Counted from the stretch's first letter, positions 44,667 through 55,621 are shown. The stretch is DNA of 64,000 bases from Patescibacteria group bacterium (GCA_041660305.1 JBAZWO010000001.1:113909-177908), one strand, 5' to 3'. Translations and numbers: made by a program. Notes: generated from the letters alone by a model not told the origin.

Positions 44667-46994
44667 TTACTTGGCTAACACTAAACCAGCTAACAAATCC
44701 GCATTTAGCGCGCCTGAAAATAACTCATGATGATTCACCTGTTCGGTAATAACGGTATTAGGATAAGACCACATTACCGTTAAATCCTGCGGATACGTTA
44801 CTTCGGAAATAATCGTATCAGCGGCTGCACCTGGTTGTTTCTGAAATAAAATACTATAGCGATCAGATTGTTTTAATAAACCAGCTAAATTTAATTTAAA
44901 TGGCAAGCGATACTGCAATACTACTCGCGCCGTTTCTCCTGGCCTAACTTCCACCCAATTACCAAATACCGTTTTATTAAATTCATCATTAGTACGTACC
45001 CCAGTAGTTTCATCAATTGAAACCGTACCAGACACAGCTTGCAGATCTCTATCTACCTCCGCTCCAAGCGGTGGATCTAATTCCAATTTTGGATCTGGTC
45101 GACTAAAACCGCTAGTGGCTAATAATTTACTACCTTGTGGTGTATAAACTCGTAAATAACTTAGATTATTTTGATTCACTAACGGCTCATCGGATTTTCC
45201 ATAATGTGTGCGCGTGATAGTTACTGTATCGATTATACTGCCATCTTCAGCAATGTTAGCTTGGTGTTGAATAGTTTGCTGCACAGCCTGATTAGTTTTT
45301 CCACCGGCAATATTAGTATCCACTACTTGCAAATAATCTTGCTCGGTATTTTGGATGGCTCCAGCCCAACCACGAGCGACAATATCTTGCTGAATAAAAT
45401 TGTTATTAAAATACAGTAAAATATTTTTTTCATTCAAGGAATTATATAATAACTGTAATACCGGTACATAATCTTTAGTATCTAAGCTAAATAGTTTATC
45501 TAATAATTTTGGCGTTAAATCACCAATTATTTTTTTTGATTCTCTAGTAACTTCATATTTTTGTTCAGCTAATTCCTGTGTTACTTGATAAAAATTATTT
45601 TGATCAATCACTACACCGTAAGGATCGGTCATATCAATCGGACCAGTTACTGCTAACATTTGTTCTACTACATCTGGCGTTAAACCAATTACTCCATCTA
45701 CTGTGGTGCCACCACTGTTACTATAAAACCATTCCACTTTTTTAAACGACGTGGGACAATCTGCCCACCAGTTAGCATCTTGCATTTGCCATAATGGATT
45801 CACTCGATGTAACGGCTGGGGTGAAATTAAAGCCTGATTAAAATTACCTAATAAATCATAGGTACCGCCGCCAGGAATATCCATTTTGGTAACCCGCCCT
45901 TTATTAATATCCACTTGAGCAAAACTACCAATAAACCCACCACAAGCTCGCAATTCACGATTATTCAAAAATAACACCAAATAGCGTTTATTTTCCTGAG
46001 CGCCTAGCAATGTGATGAGTGTATCGCTTAATGACAATAATTGTTTAACATTGCTAGTAACACTAGGTAAACTAGTTTGTGCTGTAGTGACTGTGGCTTG
46101 ATATTCACTAGGTAATTCATTTACCTGTACCTTTTGTAATTCAGTATTAGCTTGTTCTAATTCTGGCACCGTAGATCGTAAACTAGTATGTACCGCTACT
46201 AACAAATCGGTTAAAGCTGGCTGATTAATTTGTGCCGTGGTTGATGTAGTGTTTTGTTTAAAATCAGCTAACAACTTAAAAGCTTGTGTAACCGCTCCAC
46301 CGGCCACTGATAAATGTTCACCAGCACTAAGCAAAGCTGTAGCATTAGTTACCTGAGATTTTGTTCCTGGTAAATTTTGAGCAATAGTTAACACGCCCGG
46401 AGCGATGGTAGTTAATTCTGTTTGAGCAGTTTTAAAATCACCTGATGCAGCCGAAAAAGATTGTTCAGCGGTGCTAAAATCTTGCTGAGTAACAGATTCT
46501 TTACCTTGTTTTAATTTATCTAATGCTTGCCCCACCAACGTTAGTACGCTATTACGCACCGTATTAATCCGCTGATACATGGCTATAGCACTAAAAGGCA
46601 ATATTAAAATAAGCACAACCACAGCAAAGGTAAATAATGGCCGCAACCTGATATGACTAGTACGCCGAGGCTTTACTTTAATTTTAGCCTGTTCAGGTAC
46701 AGGCTGAGCTGGCAAGGCTGGTGCTAATTTAATAGTTTTAACTGATTTAGTTGTTTTACTTTTATACCAAGTTAACCAGGGTCGTTTTTTATTTACGGAT
46801 TTATTAATTTTATTATTAATTTTAGTTTTATTACTATTAACCTGGCCGTTAACATGATTATGAATATTGTTAGACACGGTTTTTTTTGCACCACGCAAAT
46901 CCACTACGTTAGTTTTAGGCACTCCTAACGTGCGCGCTTTATCGATATGAGTGTGTAAGGCTTTGGGTTTAAGATTGGGTGAAAATTGACTCAT
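44667..46994 (-). CDS. DUF4012 domain membrane-anchored protein
   Basis: YLVLFLNNRELRACGGFIGS, DANWWAD.P, NIAGGKTN, YLRVYTP.GS and QKQPG motifs. Confidence 0.85.
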   Translation of the reverse strand: MSQFSPNLKPKALHTHIDKARTLGVPKTNVVDLRGAKKTVSNNIHNHVNGQVNSNKTKINNKINKSVNKKRPWLTWYKSKTTKSVKTIKLAPALPAQPVPEQAKIKVKPRRTSHIRLRPLFTFAVVVLILILPFSAIAMYQRINTVRNSVLTLVGQALDKLKQGKESVTQQDFSTAEQSFSAASGDFKTAQTELTTIAPGVLTIAQNLPGTKSQVTNATALLSAGEHLSVAGGAVTQAFKLLADFKQNTTSTTAQINQPALTDLLVAVHTSLRSTVPELEQANTELQKVQVNELPSEYQATVTTAQTSLPSVTSNVKQLLSLSDTLITLLGAQENKRYLVLFLNNRELRACGGFIGSFAQVDINKGRVTKMDIPGGGTYDLLGNFNQALISPQPLHRVNPLWQMQDANWWADCPTSFKKVEWFYSNSGGTTVDGVIGLTPDVVEQMLAVTGPIDMTDPYGVVIDQNNFYQVTQELAEQKYEVTRESKKIIGDLTPKLLDKLFSLDTKDYVPVLQLLYNSLNEKNILLYFNNNFIQQDIVARGWAGAIQNTEQDYLQVVDTNIAGGKTNQAVQQTIQHQANIAEDGSIIDTVTITRTHYGKSDEPLVNQNNLSYLRVYTPQGSKLLATSGFSRPDPKLELDPPLGAEVDRDLQAVSGTVSIDETTGVRTNDEFNKTVFGNWVEVRPGETARVVLQYRLPFKLNLAGLLKQSDRYSILFQKQPGAAADTIISEVTYPQDLTVMWSYPNTVITEQVNHHELFSGALNADLLAGLVLAK

Positions 46995-48120
46995 AAATCT
47001 GTAAGGTTTTTTTGGCTAGCGCCGGCCAACTATAACGCTCTACTTGTTTAATTCCTGCGGCGATTAACCGCTGACGCAAATCAGTTTTGGTAATATTAGA
47101 TTGCAGTGAAAAAATATGTTTTATTATAACATTAATGTCTTTAAAGTTAAAGTATAACGCCGCATCACCTAAAATTTCTGGCAAACAAGATGCCTGTGAT
47201 GATAATACCGGGGTACCATAATACATGGCCTCTAGGGGTGGCAAACCAAACCCTTCGTACTTTGAAGGAAAAATATAAGCCAACGCTGAACGATACAAAC
47301 TGGGCAATTCGGCATCCGGTATAAAACCAGTAAACACGGTGTGTTTATCTAAATTCATGGCCCACACTTGCTGTTTTAAGCGTTGATAAAAGTAATCTTC
47401 TTTACCAACAAATACCATTTTAAAAAACAACCGGTTTTGCTGTTTCAGCTCTTTCATCATGTTTAAAATAATTTCTAAATTTTTATGCGGATAAGCGTTG
47501 CCGATATATAATAAATACGGTTGGGTAATTTGATATTGCTTTAAAATATCACGCGCGGTTAATTTGGTAGTTTCTACAAACGCGTCTACGGCTTCGTAGG
47601 TTACCATAATGCGCTCGGCGGGCAGTTTAAAATAATCCATCATGTCCTGTTTGGAATATTCCGATACCGTAATGATTTTTTTGGCGCGCCGCGCCGCATG
47701 GGCAATCACCCGATGATAAGCGAATTGTTTCAAACGATACGTTACCGGCGCCAAAGTAGTAGCTCGTTCGGTTGGAAACCGGCTGATAATCAAATCGTGA
47801 ATGGTAACTACGAAAGGCCGCCAATAAATTAACGGCACGTTAAAATGCGGAAAATGCATTAAATCCACTTTAGCGCGGTAAATCAGCCACGGAAAAAATA
47901 TTTGTTCCGCCAATGAATACCAGTGATATGGTGCCAGTACTACTGCTACTTTAGTTGATAACGCTTTAATTTTTTTTTGAGCGGCAACGTCCCGCACAAA
48001 CACTACATACTGGTGTTCATTATCTAAACACAGCAAATACTCCAGCAGTTTCTGCGTATACCGCCCCAGCCCCTTAGATTGTTCCCCGCCATAAAATCGG
48101 GCATCGATACCAATGCGCAT
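46969..48120 (-). CDS. GT4 family glycosyltransferase
   Basis: MRIGIDAR, VTIHDL, PHKN and FPSKYEGFGLPPLEAM motifs. Confidence 0.92.
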   Translation of the reverse strand: MRIGIDARFYGGEQSKGLGRYTQKLLEYLLCLDNEHQYVVFVRDVAAQKKIKALSTKVAVVLAPYHWYSLAEQIFFPWLIYRAKVDLMHFPHFNVPLIYWRPFVVTIHDLIISRFPTERATTLAPVTYRLKQFAYHRVIAHAARRAKKIITVSEYSKQDMMDYFKLPAERIMVTYEAVDAFVETTKLTARDILKQYQITQPYLLYIGNAYPHKNLEIILNMMKELKQQNRLFFKMVFVGKEDYFYQRLKQQVWAMNLDKHTVFTGFIPDAELPSLYRSALAYIFPSKYEGFGLPPLEAMYYGTPVLSSQASCLPEILGDAALYFNFKDINVIIKHIFSLQSNITKTDLRQRLIAAGIKQVERYSWPALAKKTLQIYESIFTQS

Positions 48121-48145
48121 AGCACATTTCAGTATACATCATTCG

Positions 48146-48197
48146 TAAAAAAAATCACCCCGCTTCAATGAAGTAACGAGGTGATTTTGTTTTTTTA
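48146..48197 (-). terminator. Probable intrinsic terminator after the surface-protein gene
   Basis: AAAATCACC...GGTGATTTT stem flanked by A and T tracts. Confidence 0.55.
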
Positions 48198-48207
48198 GAT
48201 GATATGA

Positions 48208-50628
48208 TTAATTTGTTTTAGTAGAATATGTCAGTTCTATTTTATATGTCATTGTTGTAGCGTCATTGGCTAATTGGCCAAAATAAACGTAGCCGTCTAC
48301 AGCATTATCACTGCTCATTGTTAGCTGGCTTTGCTGGCTATAACTATTGGTGCCGGCATCATATTTGGAAACTTTTGCCGTAACCACCTGTTTAACGCCG
48401 TTATTGTTTACTAGCTTCATTTTGAACATATCAGCATCATAAGCCGCTAAATAACCATCAATACCTTGCGTACAGTTATAATAAACTTCCGTAGCGTGAG
48501 CATTGTCATCGCCAAAGTCACTAGCAGATTCATTAATTATTGATGCACAGTTATGATTATTATCTTCTACAGCGACTGTAAAATCCTTAGCAGTATCACC
48601 AGCATAAGAATGTAATTTTAACGTATATGTCTGTGTACAAGTTGTTGCACTATTAGAACAGCCCTCTGCTGTGATACCACTAATAACATAGGAAGCTTGA
48701 CTTTGATTGCTTGTATACACATAACCTGATTTTACAACTTTTCCAGTAGTTTTGTTAGTCAGTGTGTAATCAAATTTCTCGAAAGAATTATATACTGAAT
48801 AATTAATATTAAAGGTATTGCCAACTATTACTGTACTGGGGTCAGCACTAGCCGAATTAATAACTGTTTTGCCAATGTTTATCGTTTGAGAGCCAATACC
48901 ATATTTAGTGTCGGAAACAATATTAAATACACGCGCTTCAATGGTATATTTACCTTCCTTTGCCGACGCTACCGCTTTTGCTTGAGCAGATACAGTTTCT
49001 CCTGTACCGTCTGCTTCAGGCGTTAACTTATAAATACTAAACTCGGATAGATTGTCTTCGCTGTTAATTGTTGTTACGCTGTCTGGCGAGCCAGTGCTGT
49101 TATTATATTTATAATAAATCGTTTGTATTTCCACTTTAGCGATCTTTGATTCTGCATCTGTTGCTGACACTTCGAACGTTATTGGCTTGCCGATATTGTT
49201 TCCGCTTATTACATCAACCGCTAAATAAGTGCTGTTTATCACCGGAGCAGTACCATCACCCGCAACGGAAAAATCTAGCCTTTTTACTGCGCTGTTCATA
49301 TCCGCTAAATTGTTACCAACCATTTCCACATAATAATCGCCGCCTTCGCTTAAAGTTATCGAATCAGACGTAAACGTATCTTCATTTTTATATGTTTCTG
49401 TATCACTCTCATTAACTTTATTCCAAGTAGCTAACCATTTAGATGAAGATCCGTTATCATCTAACAATTTATACAATTTCATGGTACAACCGGCCGCTTT
49501 GGCTTCATTATCTTTAACTATACATTTAAATTTAACTCCCGTACCACTGGCAATCTTTTCAGCCGTATTAATAGTATTATTATTATCTGCCCGAATAACC
49601 GAGCCGCTACTGATAGTTGGTACAGTATCATCGATTACTAAAACGTAATCATTTTCTGTAGACTTATCTAACCAATCAGTTGTTGTAACAGTTATGCTAT
49701 ACATATCTTTTAAAACTAACTGCTTTTCGGTATTTGGACCATAAGAAAACGTAACATTATTATATTCTTGCGAATATATATTTGGATAGGCAGACACTGT
49801 AAATGACTTTTCATCGTTTAAGCTTAACGTATTGCCAGCATAACCAGTAAATTCTAACTGTACTTTTTTAACGGCTATATCATCGTATAAATTTAATACA
49901 AAATCTAATTGCGAACGACTGGCATCATAAGCTAAATAATAAATCCCCGATGTAGTAGCAGCTGATTCCCCACCAATTTTTAAAGATGCCTGAGCCGGAT
50001 TACTTTTGTCTACATATGGCTTATATGCAACCTCCTGACTGCTTTTGGCAGTAACGTACTGATCAGAATAAGCGACTGGATTAAAAACGGTTCTTGCTTT
50101 GAACTCTGTACTAGTAGAACGAACACTGTAAGTTTGTGAGGATACTAATAAACGAATAAGACATTGGCCGGTTCGTTGAGTGGCATCAAAATAACAAGCA
50201 ATCGGCTTACTAACACTGGTATTTAAACTGGTTTCTGGCATTAAATAATCAGCTAATTTTATCACCACGCCCCCGTCGGATGGTATAGCTGTCCCATTGG
50301 CTAATTGTCCGTGATTAGTACCTGTATAAAAAGTTAATGCACTCTTTGACATGTCTACACTAGAAGAAATTTTAGCAATACTGGTGCTAAATTCAATATA
50401 TTCCGCGCCGGCTACAGTAGTATCATTACCGATAAATTTTACAGATGGATCATATACTGCAGCGGCGCTAATCACGTTATAAGTCCCTGGGGTACCGCTT
50501 TGTTTATCAGCATATCTGCCGGTTAATTCAGCGGCCGATGCGCTTTGTGCGCTAAATAATACAATAGCTAATACAGTAGAACTGTAAAGCATTATTTTTT
50601 TTAAATTATTCATAATCATAATTATCAA
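48208..50628 (-). CDS. Secreted Ser/Thr-rich protein with Ig-like beta domains (surface protein)
   Basis: Signal peptide ending SASA; DDTVPTI, DGTAPVI and ATDAESKI Ig-repeat-like motifs; promoter TTGACA-16-TATAAT at 50689-50662. Confidence 0.75.
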   Translation of the reverse strand: MIIMIMNNLKKIMLYSSTVLAIVLFSAQSASAAELTGRYADKQSGTPGTYNVISAAAVYDPSVKFIGNDTTVAGAEYIEFSTSIAKISSSVDMSKSALTFYTGTNHGQLANGTAIPSDGGVVIKLADYLMPETSLNTSVSKPIACYFDATQRTGQCLIRLLVSSQTYSVRSTSTEFKARTVFNPVAYSDQYVTAKSSQEVAYKPYVDKSNPAQASLKIGGESAATTSGIYYLAYDASRSQLDFVLNLYDDIAVKKVQLEFTGYAGNTLSLNDEKSFTVSAYPNIYSQEYNNVTFSYGPNTEKQLVLKDMYSITVTTTDWLDKSTENDYVLVIDDTVPTISSGSVIRADNNNTINTAEKIASGTGVKFKCIVKDNEAKAAGCTMKLYKLLDDNGSSSKWLATWNKVNESDTETYKNEDTFTSDSITLSEGGDYYVEMVGNNLADMNSAVKRLDFSVAGDGTAPVINSTYLAVDVISGNNIGKPITFEVSATDAESKIAKVEIQTIYYKYNNSTGSPDSVTTINSEDNLSEFSIYKLTPEADGTGETVSAQAKAVASAKEGKYTIEARVFNIVSDTKYGIGSQTINIGKTVINSASADPSTVIVGNTFNINYSVYNSFEKFDYTLTNKTTGKVVKSGYVYTSNQSQASYVISGITAEGCSNSATTCTQTYTLKLHSYAGDTAKDFTVAVEDNNHNCASIINESASDFGDDNAHATEVYYNCTQGIDGYLAAYDADMFKMKLVNNNGVKQVVTAKVSKYDAGTNSYSQQSQLTMSSDNAVDGYVYFGQLANDATTMTYKIELTYSTKTN

Positions 50629-50768
50629 AATTAATATTAAAAAATTTCGTTCAAGGGCACCATTATATCGAAAAAATCAATTCTGTCAAGGGTAGTTATC
50701 AACAACCAGTTATCAACAATTATTAATGTAACTACTAAAACAACCAATAATGTTGTAATATTAGTCTT

Positions 50769-51476
50769 ATGAATATTTTATCTACCTTAAAAGGAATAAT
50801 TCTAATATTTCTCATGGGCGGAATCGCCTTGTTGCTGGCGGGCGGCACCTGGAGTGGCATAGCTTGGCTGATTGATTATCAAACAGACATAACCACTGGC
50901 ACCGTTACTGAATTCCAAACAGACGCCAAACATAACACTAACACTGCCAATCGACCGGTTGTAACGTTTACCACTTCAACCGGACAAACCTTAACCACAA
51001 CTGGAAAACCAGATTTGTATTACCTTAATCAGCTGGGTGATCAAGTTAAAGTACAGTACCAGCGGACTAATCCAGCCCAAGCTAAAATACTAGAGACCGG
51101 TGATAATAAAGCTATTAGATTCATACTAACTCTTATCGGCGGAATACTTACTGGCATATTTGGCAGTGCGCTGTACTATTTACATTGGCAAATAAAACAC
51201 TATGTTTGGTTAAAACAACACGGCCAAACTATTGCCACCACCTTTCACAGTGCGCCACAATTTTGGTTGAGCTGGTCGGCTATTAATACTCCTTTTCAAA
51301 TTTTCAGCGAATGGGTAGATCCGCAAACTAAGCAAAAACGCTGTTTTGTTAGCAACATTATCCAAAATGGCGCCTTAAAAAACTACACCACCAAAGAACC
51401 GGTGCTGGTATATTTAAACCCAAACAATCCTAGTGATTATTACGTTGATGCCGAACCGTTTGAAAATCTAAAATAA
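50769..51476 (+). CDS. DUF3592-like membrane protein
   Basis: TM, TGTV...PVVTF...GDQVKVQY...NP..A, TM, then a second VYLNPNNP..Y unit. Confidence 0.7.
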   Translation: MNILSTLKGIILIFLMGGIALLLAGGTWSGIAWLIDYQTDITTGTVTEFQTDAKHNTNTANRPVVTFTTSTGQTLTTTGKPDLYYLNQLGDQVKVQYQRTNPAQAKILETGDNKAIRFILTLIGGILTGIFGSALYYLHWQIKHYVWLKQHGQTIATTFHSAPQFWLSWSAINTPFQIFSEWVDPQTKQKRCFVSNIIQNGALKNYTTKEPVLVYLNPNNPSDYYVDAEPFENLK

Positions 51477-51490
51477 TTATCTGCTTAAAT

Positions 51491-52366
51491 TTACTCTTTT
51501 ATCTTATCAGCCGCATAAGGCTGCCAACCATCGCGCGAATTCCACCATTCACCAACCACACGATCCGGTCCAACTACTTCGGCAGATACAATCACCGCGT
51601 CTGGATCGCCGTGGTTAACTTCATAAGTTAAAAAGTTGCCTTCAGGATTAACGCTAAAACCACCAATAACGGTTTCTCCAGAACCGGTGGCGTTATCAGA
51701 TAACACGGCCTCGCCTTGTAATTTTTCACCTCTAAATTCAACGTAAGAATCATTCGCTTCTGCGCCACCCCAATATTGGTGCCAGCGTCCGCGGACATCA
51801 TAATCTTCAATCGTTATATCATCAGATGTATCAATATCTGAATCAGTGTTAGTGTTGGTGTCTGAATCGTTAGTTATATCAGTATCGTCTGTTGCATCAC
51901 TATCAGCGCTAGTGGCTTCAGCCGAGCCCTGTTGCATATCATCGCCGTCGGTACTGGTTATGGTGCCGTTTAGATTGCCATCGCTGGATAGCTCTCCAGT
52001 AAAAACTGTGTCATCAAAAGCAAAAGTTACTGTGCCATCTTCCAAAGCACAGGTACCAATTTCTTCTCCGTCTTCATATAAAATACCGTCGTTTGAATCG
52101 GTGGTAGTTTCGTTTGGTTGACACTCTACTGTTTCCGCATCTGTAGTACCGTCTTCCCATTGCACGGCTATGGTCCACTGCGCATAAATTGTATATGTAC
52201 CGTCGTTGGCGTTGGTATTGGCATTAGTAACCGCTTGATTAGTTTGATTAGTATTGCTGTTAGAAACCGGAACAGGAGCAGTGCAACCAGCGCCAATAAC
52301 CGTTAAAGCGGCTATAAACACAGCTGTTACAGCCGCTGTTAATTTGATATTTGATTGTTTAAACAT
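51491..52366 (-). CDS. Acidic lipoprotein
   Basis: Lipobox IGAG-C, N/T-rich linker and D/T-rich tracts. Confidence 0.75.
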   Translation of the reverse strand: MFKQSNIKLTAAVTAVFIAALTVIGAGCTAPVPVSNSNTNQTNQAVTNANTNANDGTYTIYAQWTIAVQWEDGTTDAETVECQPNETTTDSNDGILYEDGEEIGTCALEDGTVTFAFDDTVFTGELSSDGNLNGTITSTDGDDMQQGSAEATSADSDATDDTDITNDSDTNTNTDSDIDTSDDITIEDYDVRGRWHQYWGGAEANDSYVEFRGEKLQGEAVLSDNATGSGETVIGGFSVNPEGNFLTYEVNHGDPDAVIVSAEVVGPDRVVGEWWNSRDGWQPYAADKIKE

Positions 52367-52447
52367 ATATTTGTTGTGCTTTTAAACTAAATTAACTAAT
52401 TAGTCCTCCGTAACGCAATCATTATATTATAGAATGGTGTAAAAAGT

Positions 52448-53611
52448 CTATTTTTCTTTAATCCAAGCAAACACTTCTGACCAAGGCAACACAGTAACAT
52501 CACCAACTTGGCGGCGTTGTGGTGTTAAACATACGCAGGCTAGTTTAGCTTTAGAAACAATTTCTTTAAACGAATGTAAGCCATGCAAATGCACCGATTG
52601 TATGCGGTCGGTCGATTTAATCTCAATGGCTTTTATAGCGCCGCGCGGCGTTTCTAAAATAAGATCAACTTCGGCACCATGTTCAGTTCGGTAATACGAC
52701 ATGGTGTAATCCAACCGCTGATATTGAATCGTGCGCATAATTTCAAGAATGATAAAATGTTCAAAGGCTCTACCGAAATCATCGGTCTGGCGCTCTAACG
52801 ACACGGTTAGAGTTTTTGTTAAGGCTCGAACAATGCCACGGTCAAAAAAATAAAATTTTGGATGCTGGCTTAAACGTTTGCGCACAGATTTTTTATAAGC
52901 CAATAGAAAAAAACCAATTAATGTATCTTCTAAAATTTGATAATACGCTTTAACAGTTTGATAAGATACGCCGGTTTCACGAGCGATATTGGTAAAATGA
53001 ATGCTATTGCCATTGTCGTGCGCCGCTAATGTTAAAAATTGGATAAATGGATTTAAATTGCGCACCTGGGCTTCTAGTTGGATCTCCTCTTTTAAATACG
53101 TTTCCACATATGATCGTAATAAAGCATTAGCTATCTCACGATCTGGTTCCGTATATATTTTGGGAAGAGTGCCAATTTCCAGCGCTTTTTGCAAAGAAAA
53201 CTGTTCACCTAATTCCATACCGAGCAAAGGAAATAGTTGCAACGTTAACGCTCGACCGCCTAATAAATTGGCCTGACCACGTTTTAATTTTCTTGCGCTA
53301 GAACCAGTTAAAATAATTACCGGAGCCTTCGGTTGTTCCAAAATAAAATGCGCTTCATTTAATAAAGCCGGGATGCGCTGCACTTCGTCGATAACCACAT
53401 GTGTTATAGAAGAATGACGCGTTAATACTTCTTCACGAAATAATTCTGGATGAGTAGACAAACGCAAATACTCTTCTGTTTTAAGCAAATCATAATATAA
53501 AGTATGTTGCCGCGACAATACTTTTTTTAATAAAGTACTTTTCCCCGTTTGACGTGGGCCAAACAAAAAAAAGCTGTTCTTCAAAGGTAATTGTATTACT
53601 CTTGTAATCAT
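52448..53611 (-). CDS. AAA_14 ATPase with DUF4143 domain
   Basis: GPRQTGKS, IDEVQ, LTGSS, PKFYFFD, FEHF and EVDL...IEIKS motifs. Confidence 0.9.
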   Translation of the reverse strand: MITRVIQLPLKNSFFLFGPRQTGKSTLLKKVLSRQHTLYYDLLKTEEYLRLSTHPELFREEVLTRHSSITHVVIDEVQRIPALLNEAHFILEQPKAPVIILTGSSARKLKRGQANLLGGRALTLQLFPLLGMELGEQFSLQKALEIGTLPKIYTEPDREIANALLRSYVETYLKEEIQLEAQVRNLNPFIQFLTLAAHDNGNSIHFTNIARETGVSYQTVKAYYQILEDTLIGFFLLAYKKSVRKRLSQHPKFYFFDRGIVRALTKTLTVSLERQTDDFGRAFEHFIILEIMRTIQYQRLDYTMSYYRTEHGAEVDLILETPRGAIKAIEIKSTDRIQSVHLHGLHSFKEIVSKAKLACVCLTPQRRQVGDVTVLPWSEVFAWIKEK

Positions 53612-53617
53612 ACTTCT

Positions 53618-53646
53618 ATATTACAGCGTAATTTAGAAGTTGTCAA
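53618..53646 (-). promoter_or_regulatory. Promoter for a probably leaderless mRNA
   Basis: TTGACA, 17 nt, TAATAT, 6 nt, ATG. Confidence 0.65.
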
Positions 53647-53723
53647 TCCGTCCCATAGATCTCTTTTTTAATATCATCTAGCTGTTGCACAGCCGCCTAA
53701 TTCAATAAACCCGCAGTCTAGAC
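53644..53723 (-). pseudogene. 3' remnant of a paralog of the Zn-ribbon gene at 54793-55080
   Basis: Encodes LDCGFIELGG then, frameshifted, VQQLDDIKKEIYGTD*; compare CLDCGFIELGGDMGDIEYIKKEYFKD*. Confidence 0.65.
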
Positions 53724-54740
53724 TTAGTAATGATCGTATTTATAATAATAATAACTAATGGCCTCAAGCTCGCATGCAGAAACTGTATAAAAATACGATC
53801 GCCTACTAAAAGTTTTATTGCTCTGATTTAGTTGCATTGTTTTTTTACGATAGCGCGGATAAATAATATTGACGTAAATATCATACAACGATGTTTTTCC
53901 AGTACAGAATTTAATAAAACGTTCATAAAGTCTGAATAGCTTATTTAATAAATAAAGCAATATAATTGGACTAGGTAGCGCACAAATTAATATAGGGATG
54001 CTGATAATAAGTGTTATTGTTGATTCATTTATTTTTAAAATAACAGCAAAAATATATAATGCTACAATCATTGATATTAAAAGTATAAAAGATGTTATTA
54101 TTAAAATAACAGATAAGATAATTGTTGAAATTATTGACATCGTCCAACCAGCCGCTGGCGTTGCAGAAAAAATTTTTCCAACTGCATCAAGTCGCACTAC
54201 CTTTTTATTATCTAGCTCATTTAAATACTGAATAATTTTTATCACGTCTTTATAGTATTCTCTATCGCAAATAATCAGTCTAGCTGGTTTTTTTTCATCT
54301 TGAGTAAAATCAAGATATAATGATATTTCATAAAAAAGTTTTGTAAAACGACCAAGTGTATTTGGCAACCTATTGAAAGGCCCTATATCAATATATTCCT
54401 CGGTGATTATATTAATTTGGTTAAAAGGGATGACTTTATCTTGTTGACTATTAACATAATAACAAAATAATTTTTTTTGTTCAAAATCAAATATCATTTT
54501 TTTAACACCTCTGTTTTTTAAAACAGCGGAAACAATAGTAACAATACCAATTATCAAGAAAGTTATTATAATATAAACCGATTTACTATCCGGCTTATCT
54601 AAAAAAAATAAATCAAATAAAACTTTTCCTGCCATAACTAAAGCTACCGTAGTAAAAACAATTCCAAAAATGATTCTGACAAAAGAAAATGGTTTTTTAG
54701 TAATTTCTGTTTTATTATTAATTTTTTTGATATTATACAT
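53724..54740 (-). CDS. Hypothetical multi-pass membrane protein, very AT-rich
   Basis: Two TM pairs separated by a soluble domain; start moved to ATG 54740. Confidence 0.65.
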   Translation of the reverse strand: MYNIKKINNKTEITKKPFSFVRIIFGIVFTTVALVMAGKVLFDLFFLDKPDSKSVYIIITFLIIGIVTIVSAVLKNRGVKKMIFDFEQKKLFCYYVNSQQDKVIPFNQINIITEEYIDIGPFNRLPNTLGRFTKLFYEISLYLDFTQDEKKPARLIICDREYYKDVIKIIQYLNELDNKKVVRLDAVGKIFSATPAAGWTMSIISTIILSVILIITSFILLISMIVALYIFAVILKINESTITLIISIPILICALPSPIILLYLLNKLFRLYERFIKFCTGKTSLYDIYVNIIYPRYRKKTMQLNQSNKTFSRRSYFYTVSACELEAISYYYYKYDHY

Positions 54741-54792
54741 GCTTTTTTGCCAATTATGAAAATATACAATAATTATACAATAATTACCTTTT

Positions 54793-55080
54793 TTAATCTT
54801 TAAAATATTCTTTTTTAATATACTCAATATCTCCCATGTCACCGCCTAATTCAATAAAACCACAGTCCAAACACATGGAACTATTATGAACTGGTAATAA
54901 ATTTGGCGTTTTATATACTTTAACTTTACCATTTTTTTCAGTACGTTTATCAATATAAAAATTAACACCATGTTCATAAGAATCCAATTCACCAGTAACT
55001 AATTTTCCACTACCACATTTCATACATTTAGTTTGTGGTTTTAATTTTGGAGTATATGTAGCTACATGAAAAAAAGACAT
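54793..55080 (-). CDS. Small zinc-ribbon protein
   Basis: CMKCG...CLDCGFIEL. Confidence 0.75.
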   Translation of the reverse strand: MSFFHVATYTPKLKPQTKCMKCGSGKLVTGELDSYEHGVNFYIDKRTEKNGKVKVYKTPNLLPVHNSSMCLDCGFIELGGDMGDIEYIKKEYFKD

Positions 55081-55111
55081 ATAGATAAATTTTATTTAAT
55101 TAATTGAATAA

Positions 55112-55615
55112 TTAATACAGCACTTTATCACTTTTATTATACCATAATTTAAAAACAGCCAAACCGTCTGCTCTGGCTAGTGGCACTAATTTTAAAGGTA
55201 ACTGCTTTTTATTTTTTGTTTTATTAGTTGCACTAGCTATTTGCTGGTAAATTGTTTGATCTTTAAAACCAAGGCCGGCGGCGTCTTGCTTGGTACAGCT
55301 GTAATACACGGTTTTAATGCCGGCCCAATAAATGGCCGCCAAGCACATAGGGCAAGGTTCGCAGGAAGAATAAAGCGCGCAATCGGATAAATCAAACCGG
55401 CGCAAGCGTTTGGCGGCGGCGCGAATGGCTAACATTTCGGCGTGCGCGGTTGGATCGTTGGTTTTAATCACCTGGTTATGATTTTGCGCTATGGCAATTT
55501 GCTGGCGCGCTTGTTTCCGCACAATCACCGCGCCAAATGGTCCGCCGTGATTAGCCAGCACTCCCCGCTTGGCTTCAGTGATCGCTAGATTCATGAACTT
55601 TTGTTGCTTAGTCAT
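55112..55615 (-). CDS. Nucleoside/guanine deaminase (CDA-like, GuaD-type)
   Basis: GGPFGAVIV, DPTAHAE and SSCEPCPMCLAAIYWA motifs. Confidence 0.88.
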   Translation of the reverse strand: MTKQQKFMNLAITEAKRGVLANHGGPFGAVIVRKQARQQIAIAQNHNQVIKTNDPTAHAEMLAIRAAAKRLRRFDLSDCALYSSCEPCPMCLAAIYWAGIKTVYYSCTKQDAAGLGFKDQTIYQQIASATNKTKNKKQLPLKLVPLARADGLAVFKLWYNKSDKVLY

Positions 55616-55621
55616 ATTTTT

